Below, in pieces: positions 20,697-29,761 of a stretch of DNA of 64,000 nucleotides. Under the pieces are notes generated by a model that was not told where the DNA came from, made no database searches, and was given only the letters and a program-made list of their open reading frames with translations. The number at the start of each line of letters is the position of its first letter. Position 1 is the stretch's first letter. The stretch lies in NCBI GenBank assembly GCA_016281015.1, contig JAEEHS010000074.1, positions 319-64,318 of the forward strand. Reading direction: 5' to 3'. The stretch is from Bacteroidales bacterium. GTDB taxonomy: Bacteria > Bacteroidota > Bacteroidia > Bacteroidales > UBA932. The translations under genes were made by a program, and so were the position numbers.

Positions 20697-21573
20697 AGAA
20701 AAGATACATGATGCGTGAGTACAGACGCAGCGGAAGGGAATGGTACCACAGGCTGCGCCGGATGATACGAGGGTCCGTCAGGCCTTCGGGCGGGAAACGG
20801 TAAGTGCGATGGGCCTCCGGTTCCCATTCAAAACGGAAACGGCTGAATTTCCGGCAGTTGGTCCCGTCTCCCGAAAAACTCCCGGAATTGTCCACCAGAC
20901 TCCGGTTGGGGAACAGGGATAGCCCGCCGGTGAGGTATTCGGCGAAGCAGAAACGGATGGCCCAGGAATGGTTGCGTCCCCTCAGGCAGCCCAGCAGCAT
21001 CTTGGAGCAGTCCGAGCCGCCCCACCTCCGGAAACCAAACCAGTGGCGGAACAGTTCTGATCGCGTCGGAGCCCAGTCCACCTTCTCCCAACGGTCTTTC
21101 CAGGTCCCCCAGCCCCAGGAGGAAGAGCGCGTACAGAAATGGGCGTCATACGGATAGCCGGCGGGAATCCGGATACGGTTCGTATAACCACAGACGGAAA
21201 ACACAGATGGCTTGTCCCGGTACTCCTGAAGGGCGGCATTCATATAAGAGAGGAAAGAGGGATGGACCCGGAGGTCATCCTCCAGGACAATCACGGCATC
21301 GGCCCCCTCCAATACTTCCGTTACCCCGGAAATGATGGACTCGGCCAAACCCTTGTTCTGCTCGGAAAAACGGAGCGTCACCGAAGCGAAGCCCCTCGCC
21401 TCCCGGGCCACCCGGCGGGTTTGGGCCACTTTCGAGGCATCAGCCGGGCTACGAGGCCCGTCCACGAAGATATACACCGGTGTCTGTGGCGCCTGAGGAT
21501 TCTCCGCAAGCGCTTCCAGGGTTCGCCGGAAAGCCTCCGGACGGTTATAGGCAAAAAGGGCAAGCGGGGTCAT
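20689..21573 (-). CDS. GT2-like glycosyltransferase
   Basis: LFAYNRP, FVDGP, NKGLAESI, VLEDD and SWGWGTW motifs. Confidence 0.88.
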   Translation of the reverse strand: MTPLALFAYNRPEAFRRTLEALAENPQAPQTPVYIFVDGPRSPADASKVAQTRRVAREARGFASVTLRFSEQNKGLAESIISGVTEVLEGADAVIVLEDDLRVHPSFLSYMNAALQEYRDKPSVFSVCGYTNRIRIPAGYPYDAHFCTRSSSWGWGTWKDRWEKVDWAPTRSELFRHWFGFRRWGGSDCSKMLLGCLRGRNHSWAIRFCFAEYLTGGLSLFPNRSLVDNSGSFSGDGTNCRKFSRFRFEWEPEAHRTYRFPPEGLTDPRIIRRSLWYHSLPLRLYSRIMYLFYD

Positions 21574-22685
21574 ACACTCAGATACTGTTTCATCTCCGCC
21601 ACACAGGCGTCAAAGGAAAACGTTTCTTCATAACAGCGGCGAACCGCTTCAGCATCAATCCGGGATGACAGCATTTCGTCGAGGGCCTTCCCGAAAGAAA
21701 CTGCATCCTCGTAGACAAAAAGACCCTTCCCCAGGAAACGGTGATAGCCACGGGCCGATACCGCATGGGTCAACACCGGAAGTCCATGGCTCAGTCCATC
21801 CATGATACGGAGTTTGATGCCACCGCCCCGATCCGTCGGACAGATATAATAGCGGGCACGCCGGAGGATGGGTTCCATTTCAGGCGGAGAAGGAATCAGC
21901 TCCATCCCCTTCTCCCGGCAAAGCGCAGCCAGACGCGCCGAAGGAGCCTGCCCTACGAGAACCAAGTGGGCATCGGGAACCCGCTGTTTTAAAACGGGAT
22001 AACAATCCCGGATCCAGGGCAGCAGGGCATCTTCGGTCTGCTTTGCGCCAAGGTTCCCGCTGATGACAAACACGGGATCCGTCACCGAGGAGGAGGGAGG
22101 AAGCGGCAAGCGGCGGTATTCATGGACCCCGACGACCTCGATCCGGGCCTTCCGTCCGGGGTCATACATCCGGTACAGGAGCTCCCTGTCTTCCGGGGTC
22201 AGCGTCAGGTTCAGATCACTTCCCCGTACGGCCTGCCCCTCGCAGCGCCGGAGCCAGAACAGCATCAAGGGCCGGAGGGCCCTGGACGTGTTGTCCCGGG
22301 CGTACTCCCACTGGCAATTATGGTGGATGGTCACAATCCGCGGCACGGCCTTCCGAACCTTCTTCAGCATGCGGAAGGAAGGATAGCAGGTGTCGAAAAC
22401 AACTTGGTCATACCCCTCATCCAAATAGGGTTCCAGTACGCCGAAATAGCGATGGATCCGCCCAAAAAGAAGGTCCAGGCCCTTTTTCCAGCGGGGAAGC
22501 GCATAAGGAACAGGAATCGCCCTCACCCGAGGGTCAATCTCTTCCGCACGCTCCTCCCCTTTCACCGGATAGAGCAGCATCACCTCCGCTCCTGTCTCGG
22601 CAAGGGCATTGATAAAGCTCCGGCTGGCAAAAATGCCGCCGCCTTTGCCGGAGAGATAGTGATGGGTAACGAAGAGGATTCTCAT
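21570..22685 (-). CDS. GT4-like glycosyltransferase
   Basis: MRILFVTHH and GGGIKLRIMDGLSHGLPVLT motifs. Confidence 0.85.
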   Translation of the reverse strand: MRILFVTHHYLSGKGGGIFASRSFINALAETGAEVMLLYPVKGEERAEEIDPRVRAIPVPYALPRWKKGLDLLFGRIHRYFGVLEPYLDEGYDQVVFDTCYPSFRMLKKVRKAVPRIVTIHHNCQWEYARDNTSRALRPLMLFWLRRCEGQAVRGSDLNLTLTPEDRELLYRMYDPGRKARIEVVGVHEYRRLPLPPSSSVTDPVFVISGNLGAKQTEDALLPWIRDCYPVLKQRVPDAHLVLVGQAPSARLAALCREKGMELIPSPPEMEPILRRARYYICPTDRGGGIKLRIMDGLSHGLPVLTHAVSARGYHRFLGKGLFVYEDAVSFGKALDEMLSSRIDAEAVRRCYEETFSFDACVAEMKQYLSV

Positions 22686-23578
22686 GACTGAGCACGATAA
22701 AACAGCCCATCCCAGGCACCACAGATTATTGCCTGCCCAAAAGCATAACTTCCATCACGTTTACCATGGAATAAAGCTGAACGGAATTCATCGATTCCCC
22801 GGTATACATGATAGAGAAAAACAACCAAACGACGCCATGATGAAACATGTTTTCCAGCCAGATAAACAGCATTCCTCCCCATCAAATAAGCAGCCCTGGC
22901 ATTGCGCTGTGGACGCCCACTGGCATTGACATGTTGATGCCATGCCCGAATCTCGGAACTAGCCATCATCCGCAGCCCCACCTTCTTCACGCGCAGCGCC
23001 ATATCAATTTCATCGGCATACATGTTCAATGCCTCGTCTTGAATACCGTAACGTTCGTAAAAAGTCCGTTTAGCGATAAAAACGCCAGCGGGCAGCGCGT
23101 CGACCTGTTTTGTTTCTATGGGGACTTCAGCAAGGCTGGCCCCAGCATCCAGATGGACGAACTGAAATGTCTTTCTGTTAACAGAGCATCCAAAACAGTC
23201 AATCACGTCTGAATCCTTTTCTAGTAAGACCGGAGAAACGGCGAAACAATCCACTTGTCCAAAGAGGATGTCATATAGCTTCCTGATACCACCGTCCTCT
23301 ATACGGATATCATTGACAATCTGTCCGATAGCATCGATTTCGGGATGCTTGAGAATCTCCTTCAAAGCCAGATTGTAAGATGCCATCATATTAGAAGTCG
23401 GACTCTCCAAAACCATGGAGTCAGGAAAGCGTTCCTTCAACAACTCCGTATCCGCCGGATCTCCATTGTTGACGATAACATGAAGCGCTATTCCATCCTG
23501 ATACTCGTCGACATAGTGTCGCCAGGCATCCAGACGGAAACGCTCCCTACAAAAAAGAGTAATCGTAGCAAGATTCAT
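22682..23578 (-). CDS. GT2 glycosyltransferase
   Basis: IVNNG, SYNLAL, MYADEIDMALR and WHQH motifs. Confidence 0.8.
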   Translation of the reverse strand: MNLATITLFCRERFRLDAWRHYVDEYQDGIALHVIVNNGDPADTELLKERFPDSMVLESPTSNMMASYNLALKEILKHPEIDAIGQIVNDIRIEDGGIRKLYDILFGQVDCFAVSPVLLEKDSDVIDCFGCSVNRKTFQFVHLDAGASLAEVPIETKQVDALPAGVFIAKRTFYERYGIQDEALNMYADEIDMALRVKKVGLRMMASSEIRAWHQHVNASGRPQRNARAAYLMGRNAVYLAGKHVSSWRRLVVFLYHVYRGIDEFRSALFHGKRDGSYAFGQAIICGAWDGLFYRAQS

Positions 23579-24666
23579 TGCTGCTCAGAAAAGAAAAGAT
23601 GAAGAATCTTCCGTCCGAACTCTGCCGCGAAAGGTTCCACCCATCTATGGTAAGCCCAGGCCAGCATCACGATCAGACCGGCACTCAAAAGAAACAGTAC
23701 TGACATCGTCACGGTCGAAACACTCATCCACCCTTGCAAGAACAACCAACAGGAAAAAGAACATATCACCGGCCAATGGAAAACATAAATACCCATGGAA
23801 ATCCGCCCTGCCGCATCCATGACGCGAAGACTGAACAGCGTACGCAGAAGCGGTGACACAAGAACCGATAAAATGAAACAGCTCGCAGAAAGAGCATTCA
23901 GGTGGATATTAAACTGAAAGACCCCTTCCTGTAAACAACAAAGAGCGATCGAGAGGCTGAAAACAAGGAACGACAGAAGATGCCGCCAGCCATTTTTAAG
24001 CGGGGTCATCTTTATTTCGATTTCTCTAAGCAGCACTCCGGCCAATGGACATGCATAATAGGGATGATAATAGTAAGTTATCGAAAGCATGAATAAAAGA
24101 AACAAAATGCGCTTCCCCATAGGAAGTTTCCCGCAGACAAGATGGACCAGCATCACAAGATAAGATCCAAGCAAAATGGCGTCAAGCATCCAGTAGGGGC
24201 CATTTAAAATGCTATATCCGAAAGGGGCCAAGACCAGCGAGGCCAGGAGATGATGAGGTTTTATATCTTGATAGTAATCAACGGTCATCCCGTTCATCAA
24301 TTCGGTGGATACTTCATGGATACGAAACAAGCCGAAAGAGTACAGCAAGAAGGCAAAAAGCGTAGGGACAAGCAATGGCAAAGCGAGTCGCAAATATCGT
24401 TTCGGAATGGCTTCACCGTAGTCAGAAAGCGAATGAAAAGTGGAACACTGCAACGACACCAGATAACCGCTCAAGATTAAAAACAGGCAGACCGCGAAGT
24501 TTCCGTTCAAAAACAGATTGACGACAGGAATATGTTCTACGCATGAGATGGTTTGTCCCTCCTTCAAAAACAAGGGATAAAAACAATAAAAGAAGTGATG
24601 GAACAGAACAATCAGTGCTCCCATCCCTTTCATTCCGCTGATATGTCTCAAGTAGACCGTACTCAT
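23575..24666 (-). CDS. Acyltransferase_3 family membrane O-acyltransferase
   Basis: GMKGMGALIVLFHH, FLILSGY, KRYLRL, NGPYW and GRISMGIYVFH motifs; ~10 TM helices. Confidence 0.88.
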   Translation of the reverse strand: MSTVYLRHISGMKGMGALIVLFHHFFYCFYPLFLKEGQTISCVEHIPVVNLFLNGNFAVCLFLILSGYLVSLQCSTFHSLSDYGEAIPKRYLRLALPLLVPTLFAFLLYSFGLFRIHEVSTELMNGMTVDYYQDIKPHHLLASLVLAPFGYSILNGPYWMLDAILLGSYLVMLVHLVCGKLPMGKRILFLLFMLSITYYYHPYYACPLAGVLLREIEIKMTPLKNGWRHLLSFLVFSLSIALCCLQEGVFQFNIHLNALSASCFILSVLVSPLLRTLFSLRVMDAAGRISMGIYVFHWPVICSFSCWLFLQGWMSVSTVTMSVLFLLSAGLIVMLAWAYHRWVEPFAAEFGRKILHLFFSEQQ

Positions 24667-25916
24667 ACAGACAAGGACCGATATCTTTTCATAATCTTTT
24701 GGATGCGAATCTCATCCTGATGTCTCTTGGCAATGACATATTCTGTATCCGTTTCATAAAGAAACATGAACAGGCAAAGCCATAAACTCAAACCGAAATC
24801 ATGGAAATACGAAATCGTCAGGGAACACAACAATATATGTAGTCCATTCGCACGAACTGTAAATTCATGCAAAGAGGAGATGGATTTGACACATAGCGTT
24901 ACAATGACGATCACCGGAATCAGGCCAAACTGATGCCAGAAACCGATCAGGCCCAGGTCTGAATGATAAATCCCATCCAATCGCAGATTCTCCATGATTG
25001 GATTCACCTTGCCCGAAATGAAGCCATTCCCCAACAAGATAGAAAGGAATCCATTTTCTCCGGATGTAAAATACATGAATGCCTTGATGCGATTATAATC
25101 CTGGTCACTCAACTGTTCGATTGTTTCATTAACAAGTTTATCAATAAAGTGATACATGAAAACAATCGCCAGCGTCAACAACACCAGAATGAATGACCCC
25201 GTAATCAAGCGACGTCTTGCGGATTTGTTTGCCAGGGCTGCGAAGATTGTCAAAACGATGCAACTGAACAGGATGGAACGGTTTTGAACCAAGAAAATAA
25301 CCAGAAACACAAATACCGCCATGAGACTGTTCTTGATTCCTATCTTCTCTTTTCTCAAATCGTCAAGTGAAAAGATATAAGCCAATGGCAAAAACTGAAT
25401 CCCACGCAACATATGGACAAAGTCGCCCTCTTCTATGAATTCAAAACCTTCTTTTTCCTCAAAAACGATAAAACCAGGATTGACGAATGAAACATAGAAC
25501 GTGCAGATGCAATAAATGACCGTAAACGCATATAGTGCCATTTTCAACTCATCACGACGTGGCTGGACAGACAAGAACGCAAAGAAAGCAAAATAGCCCA
25601 AGAAATGACGATACGCCACGACCGAATAATAAAGATGCTGTCCATAAAAAAGATAAGCAGGAATAAAGGACAATAACACGCCTGCGAGCAGCCACCAGAG
25701 TGGTCGCATTTTTTTTGAAATACCCACTCGGAAAGAAAAGCCCATATTTCGAATGAAAAAATAAGCCAGCATCAGCATGTAGGTGATGATGATATTATCA
25801 TTCTTGAAAAAGGGCTGGAAAAACCGGATATCGAAGAAAGAACACGACATCAGCAGGATCAGCAGCAATTCAAAACTGACCCTGAAACGGAAGTATTTCT
25901 TTTCAAATAAATGCAT
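24663..25916 (-). CDS. wzy: Putative Wzy polysaccharide polymerase
   Basis: Multi-TM protein with LVQNRS and a periplasmic loop ILLGNG..SDLGLIGFWHQFG; lies next to the flippase. Start moved to MHLFEKK. Confidence 0.65.
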   Translation of the reverse strand: MHLFEKKYFRFRVSFELLLILLMSCSFFDIRFFQPFFKNDNIIITYMLMLAYFFIRNMGFSFRVGISKKMRPLWWLLAGVLLSFIPAYLFYGQHLYYSVVAYRHFLGYFAFFAFLSVQPRRDELKMALYAFTVIYCICTFYVSFVNPGFIVFEEKEGFEFIEEGDFVHMLRGIQFLPLAYIFSLDDLRKEKIGIKNSLMAVFVFLVIFLVQNRSILFSCIVLTIFAALANKSARRRLITGSFILVLLTLAIVFMYHFIDKLVNETIEQLSDQDYNRIKAFMYFTSGENGFLSILLGNGFISGKVNPIMENLRLDGIYHSDLGLIGFWHQFGLIPVIVIVTLCVKSISSLHEFTVRANGLHILLCSLTISYFHDFGLSLWLCLFMFLYETDTEYVIAKRHQDEIRIQKIMKRYRSLSV

Positions 25917-25918
25917 TA

Positions 25919-27358
25919 CTAAGAGCGGAAGCGCGAGAGCACACGCTTCACCTGCATGGCAATCAGCGAATGAGGTTCGACGCCGAAATAATAGACCAGG
26001 AACCAAATCCCGGAAGCGATCGCTGCAACAACCAGCCGTATCCACATGCCGTTACACAAAGAGAGCACCAACATGCAAATGACCAGATAAGGTATGGCGA
26101 CAAGCAAACGATTAATGACTAAACGGATTGGGAAGGTAAACAGATGCCTCCTTACAGCATACACAAAACTGTAAAGATTCCCGGCCAACTCCGAAATCAG
26201 GAAAACGCAGGCCGCACCAATGGCTCCCAGCGGCCTGATCAGGCATATGGAAAGAACGATACCGCTTATGGCTCCAAGGAAGGAGCTGAGCAGGATAATG
26301 CCATCCTTACGCATGGGGAAAAGCACTTGCATGACCCATATCTGAGCCATCGCGGAAAAGAACAATACCGGCATGATGATGCGCATGGGAAGTACCGCTC
26401 CTGTGAAATCCGGACCCGATAGAATGCGGATGATATCTCCCGCAAAAACTTCACAAAAAACCACAATCGGAAGTGAGGTAGATAAAACAACATCAAAAGA
26501 CTGAGATATCTTTTTATCTATTTCTTCCTTTTGTTCGTCTGCCAGAAGATTACTGATCCTAGGGAACATGACCGCAGCAAAGGCGGAGAAGAAGCCTAAA
26601 ACCAAGTACATCAACTTTTTGGATGCATAGAAATAGCCAACCTGGTCATCACTCGCCACAAATCCCAGATACACCGATGTAAAATAAGTGTACATGGACA
26701 CCATAATACCATATGCTCCGAGGATTAGAACAGAACGTATATAAAGAAAAGGCTTTGCCAGGGAAAAAGAAAAATGGACAAGACGTCTTGTCGTCAAAAT
26801 ATTTACCAGGGCATTCAAAACAGACATCAATGCCGTCAAGGAGAAATAAACAATAACATCCTCTTTTGACCTGACCAATATAAAGACGGCGACAACATAT
26901 AACATCTTAATCGCCAAGGTACGAATCGTTATATACTTGAATCGCTCAATCCCCTGATAGAACCATTCCATCAAAAATGACATGGATACAAGGATAGATG
27001 ATCCGAGTAAAAACAGATTCTGGTCTTGAATAAAGCGAGGGACAACAAAGCACGCACACAAATACAAAAAAAGAACAATGCCTGTCGTACCCATCAGGAT
27101 GGAAACAAGGGAAGAGAAAACAATGGACCGTTTTTCCAAATCCTGTCCGCAAGCCGCTATTTCTCTTGTACCGACTGTAGCAATGCCCAAGACAGAAAAC
27201 ACAGCGAAATAGTTCACGCATTCCGACACATAGCCAGCCTGTCCGATCCCTTCAGCCCCAAGCACTCGCGTGACATACGGGAAAAGAATCAGATTGATTG
27301 CGTACGAAGAAACCGTCAAAGCGGCATTGAATATGTAATTTGTGGAGATTGACGACAC
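25919..27358 (-). CDS. wzx: Wzx flippase (MOP superfamily)
   Basis: FPYVTRVLGAEGIG, LGIATVGTRE, EWFYQGIERFKYIT and FPRIS motifs. Confidence 0.92.
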   Translation of the reverse strand: MSSISTNYIFNAALTVSSYAINLILFPYVTRVLGAEGIGQAGYVSECVNYFAVFSVLGIATVGTREIAACGQDLEKRSIVFSSLVSILMGTTGIVLFLYLCACFVVPRFIQDQNLFLLGSSILVSMSFLMEWFYQGIERFKYITIRTLAIKMLYVVAVFILVRSKEDVIVYFSLTALMSVLNALVNILTTRRLVHFSFSLAKPFLYIRSVLILGAYGIMVSMYTYFTSVYLGFVASDDQVGYFYASKKLMYLVLGFFSAFAAVMFPRISNLLADEQKEEIDKKISQSFDVVLSTSLPIVVFCEVFAGDIIRILSGPDFTGAVLPMRIIMPVLFFSAMAQIWVMQVLFPMRKDGIILLSSFLGAISGIVLSICLIRPLGAIGAACVFLISELAGNLYSFVYAVRRHLFTFPIRLVINRLLVAIPYLVICMLVLSLCNGMWIRLVVAAIASGIWFLVYYFGVEPHSLIAMQVKRVLSRFRS

Positions 27359-27364
27359 CGTCTC

Positions 27365-28069
27365 TCAGATTAAACCCGGAGGATTATCCCTCCAAGAAAT
27401 ATTTTGTTTCAGTATCCGGGCTGGCGTACCCCCCAGTAAGAGATTCGTTGAAGGACCATAATCTTTGTTGAGCAATGAACCGGCCGCAACAACAGAATGA
27501 GAGGGGATGCAGCTTCCTTTTAATAGTGAACAACGCATACCAATCCAGCAATGATTGCCAATAACGATGGCAGATGGAGGGTTAAGGACAGAGAACTCTC
27601 CTTGATCATCATGGGTGACAATGCTGTGAAAATCCGTATCTGTCACGATTGTATCCCATCCAATCAGCGAATCATGCCCCACTATAATGGAGCCATAAGC
27701 GATCATTTTTACGGCATTGCAATGGACATGATCCCCAAACACCATTTTTCCCTTTTCGCCGATAGACAGGGCGCTGTGATTACTAATACGACAAGATCCC
27801 TGAAACACGATTTCTCCCCCCTTGTTCTCATAAATGAAGCCATCGTTCGGATAAATGCCTATCGACAAAGCTCCCATCACGATCATGCCCGGGCGTACCC
27901 TCCCTTCGATCCGGATGCTCCCTTTCGTGCTGCACAGATGTGGTTTGTACAGCAGGATCGGCAAACGGACCGCCTGCCGGAAAGGCAGATAATGGAAATT
28001 GAACCACAGGGTCTGCGGAAGCGAGCGCAGGGCCCAGCGGAAACTCCAGATCTTAGCGAATCGGTTCAT
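27365..28069 (-). CDS. Left-handed beta-helix (hexapeptide) acyltransferase
   Basis: DTDFH, IGNHCWIG..LKGSCIP..VVAAGS and GGTPAR motifs. Confidence 0.85.
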   Translation of the reverse strand: MNRFAKIWSFRWALRSLPQTLWFNFHYLPFRQAVRLPILLYKPHLCSTKGSIRIEGRVRPGMIVMGALSIGIYPNDGFIYENKGGEIVFQGSCRISNHSALSIGEKGKMVFGDHVHCNAVKMIAYGSIIVGHDSLIGWDTIVTDTDFHSIVTHDDQGEFSVLNPPSAIVIGNHCWIGMRCSLLKGSCIPSHSVVAAGSLLNKDYGPSTNLLLGGTPARILKQNISWRDNPPGLI

Positions 28070-28938
28070 CTCTTTTCCAAACAATCCTTCAGCGAAGCAT
28101 ACCAGTGCGGGATGGCGATGCCGAAGGTGGTTTTAAACAAAGTTTTGTCCAGGACGCTATAGTGTGGACGGGAGGCGGCGGAAGGATATTCGCTGCTTCG
28201 GATGGGAAGGATATTGCAGTCGCTGCCGGACAGGTCCCGCACCGCACAGGCGAAGTCATAACGGGAGCAGACCCCTTCATCGGCATAATGGTAAACACCG
28301 GTTTTGTCCATCTGGCGCGTCTCGATGATCCGGCAGACAGCGTCGGCAAGATCCGCCGCACGGGTCGGCGAGCCGACCTGGTCATAGACGACTTTCAGTT
28401 TCTTCCGCTGCATCGTCAGACCCTTCATCCGCGTCATAAAATTGTCTCCCTCAGGAGAATACAGCCAGGAGGTACGGATGACGACCGCGCGGCAGCCGGA
28501 ATTTCGGATGGCTTCCTCTCCCTGGAGCTTCGTCACCCCGAACGCCCCGGAAGGAGCCGCCGGGAAATCCTCCCGGATCGGAATGGGGATCTCGCCCCTG
28601 AAAATACGGTCCGTCGAGAAATGAATCAGCAACGCATTTCTTTCCCGGGCGATATCCGAGAGGTAGCCGGGAGCCACCCGGTTCAGCAGCTCGGCCATCC
28701 GCAGATCCTGCTCCGCCTTGTCAACGTCCGTAAAAGCGGCACAGTTGATGATGATGTCAACCCGCTCGGAGGCGCAGATGAGCTGGATAGCATCCGGATT
28801 CGTTACATCCAGCCAGACCGTATCCAAGGAAGGGTCCGACGTGATATCCGTGAAGATATAGTGATCGGAGGAAGCCCCGGCCCTGCGGCGGAACGCCCTT
28901 CCCAACTGCCCATTGGCACCTGTCACCAGAATATTCAA
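28066..28938 (-). CDS. rfbD: dTDP-4-dehydrorhamnose reductase homologue with catalytic Tyr replaced by Phe
   Basis: ILVTGANGQLG, VDKAE, IRTSWLY, DQVGSPT and RPHYSVLD motifs. YxxxK reads FGVTK. TTG start. Confidence 0.85.
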   Translation of the reverse strand: MNILVTGANGQLGRAFRRRAGASSDHYIFTDITSDPSLDTVWLDVTNPDAIQLICASERVDIIINCAAFTDVDKAEQDLRMAELLNRVAPGYLSDIARERNALLIHFSTDRIFRGEIPIPIREDFPAAPSGAFGVTKLQGEEAIRNSGCRAVVIRTSWLYSPEGDNFMTRMKGLTMQRKKLKVVYDQVGSPTRAADLADAVCRIIETRQMDKTGVYHYADEGVCSRYDFACAVRDLSGSDCNILPIRSSEYPSAASRPHYSVLDKTLFKTTFGIAIPHWYASLKDCLEKR

Positions 28939-29032
28939 TATAGCATATGTTTATATTCCCCCGCCTATAAACGAATAAGCAGGGCAATAAGCCGGAAACG
29001 CCTTTCCTGTCCAGGAAAAACTTCTCTTCCGG

Positions 29033-29761
29033 CTATATTTCCTCCGGCACCGCCTCCATCAGAGGCTGTAAAAGCCGGAGGATGTCTTTCCCGAGTTCCC
29101 GAGCGCCGTACTGCCTCTCCACGACGGAGAAACGGTGACAGTCGGAACCGGAGAGGTCATACCATCCTCTCTTCAAAAATGCTTCCGCCTTCTGCCGGGC
29201 ATGGGAGCCATAATATCCGACAATGGAAGGAAGATTAAGCTGGAAACGGCAGCCCATTTCCTTCAGGCGCCGGTACTCCTCTTCGCGCATATAGCGGTAA
29301 CGTTCGGGGTGGGCAATCAGCGGACGGTAGCCAGCGGACATCATCCGCTCCAGGGTCTCCCAAAAATCATAAGGAGGAGAAACCGTCGAAGTCTCCACCA
29401 ATACCAGGTCTCCCCCATGGCAGAGCAGATCACCGGCGCGAAGCCGTTCGGCAAACAGGTTGTCCATCATGTACTCGGCCGACAGACGAAACTTCAGCGG
29501 TCCCTCATAACGGGCGGAAAGCTCGGCGAAACGCGCCTGCAAGCCTTCGGTCGTATTCGGGACGTCTTCCATGACATGGGGCGTGAACCAGACCTCCTTG
29601 AGGCCCAGTTCACCCAGCCACGTCAAAATCTCAGAAGACTCCTTCCAATCCCGTACACCGTCATCCAATCCGTAAAGGATGTGACAATGGTGGTCGGTCG
29701 CTCCCTTGAGCAGCTCAGAATCTATGATAGAAGAACGCTTATGGAACCAGCCGAACATCAA
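29033..29761 (-). CDS. CpsB/CapC PHP-type tyrosine-protein phosphatase
   Basis: DHHCHILYGLDDG, TPH, AHPERY and GSDCH motifs. Confidence 0.92.
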   Translation of the reverse strand: MMFGWFHKRSSIIDSELLKGATDHHCHILYGLDDGVRDWKESSEILTWLGELGLKEVWFTPHVMEDVPNTTEGLQARFAELSARYEGPLKFRLSAEYMMDNLFAERLRAGDLLCHGGDLVLVETSTVSPPYDFWETLERMMSAGYRPLIAHPERYRYMREEEYRRLKEMGCRFQLNLPSIVGYYGSHARQKAEAFLKRGWYDLSGSDCHRFSVVERQYGARELGKDILRLLQPLMEAVPEEI

